A stretch of DNA of 64,000 bases from Felis catus (taxonomy: Eukaryota), in assembly GCF_018350175.1 (NCBI RefSeq), contig NC_058368.1:212290001-212354000 (forward strand). Direction: 5' to 3'. Each line of letters opens with the position of its first letter. The stretch's first letter is position 1. Below the pieces are notes generated by a model that did no database searches, was not told where the DNA came from, and was given only the letters and a program-made list of their open reading frames with translations. Both the position numbers and the translations under genes were made by a program. This document shows positions 63,533 to 64,000 of this stretch, in pieces.

Positions 63533-63760
63533 TTACTCTGTAGGCAGAGAGTAAGGATAGTTAGTGGGTGTCATAAGACAACTAGTTTCATTAACGTAAA
63601 ACCACACCTCATGCTTTGGCCCCTAATAGAGGACTTTATAAATAACATTTGGTAGTTTTCAGAAATCTAATCCAGTCTCCAAGGCTGAAGTTTTAATTCC
63701 ATAGAGGCCTGGGGAAGGAATGTACCTCATCTTGTAAAGGCCATTTCCAAGGAGGAGTTT
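63533..63760 (-). pseudogene. TRIM60/75-like unit 1: decayed SPRY C-terminus (rest lies off the right edge)
   Basis: GLYKMRYIPS..IKTSALETGLDF*...EVWFY..PTE* aligns to TRIM60-type GRYMKSGYVAS..VKPSKIGIFLDYE...AVWPY..SER*. Confidence 0.6.
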
Positions 63761-63820
63761 AAAAAAAAAAATTATTTGCATATTGGAAATATAGCTGGAA
63801 TATGTTTTCATTTTGAGGGT

Positions 63821-63990
63821 TAGGGTTGCCAGATTTAGCAAATAAAAATATGGGATGCTCAGTAAAATTTGAATTTTAGGTAAATAACAATGTTTTTATT
63901 TTAAGTATGTAATATTTGGGGTATACTTATACTAAAAAATGTTTTTTATCTGAAATTCATATTTATCGGAAATCTGTTGTTTAAAATTCA
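63821..63990. mobile_element. MER53-like DNA element
   Basis: tagggttgccagatttagcaaataaaaata terminus. Confidence 0.8.
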
Positions 63991-64000
63991 AAAGCAGGGT

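Noticed and set aside
9400..63790. Any intact, functional TRIM gene
   Set aside because: Every unit has multiple stops, frameshifts and lost zinc ligands.

Overview
Mammalian (felid, from the abundant young cat-type CAN-SINEs) genomic DNA. The left end holds the 5' end of TARS1 (cytosolic threonyl-tRNA synthetase) on the minus strand: coding exons 1 and 2, plus a CpG-island promoter with CCAAT boxes and an ATF4-type element. The remaining ~55 kb first looks like ordinary repeat-rich intergenic DNA (about 27 CAN-SINEs, L1, MaLR/ERVL LTRs, MER DNA transposons, MIR/L2, and a full-length RPL36A processed pseudogene). However, manual minus-strand translation of the non-repeat DNA repeatedly gives colinear, frameshifted RING > B-box > coiled-coil > PRY/SPRY fragments resembling the intronless TRIM60/TRIM61/TRIM75 subfamily. 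I interpret ~9.4-64 kb as an ancient, heavily decayed head-to-tail array of roughly 15-19 intronless TRIM pseudogene units, with very short spacers at several junctions and later transposon insertions. A small CpG/YY1 promoter-like island has arisen inside one unit, and one SPRY segment was later copied as an inverted repeat. The TRIM comparisons are by eye against reference proteins recalled from memory, so unit boundaries and counts are approximate and need tblastn/HMM confirmation.
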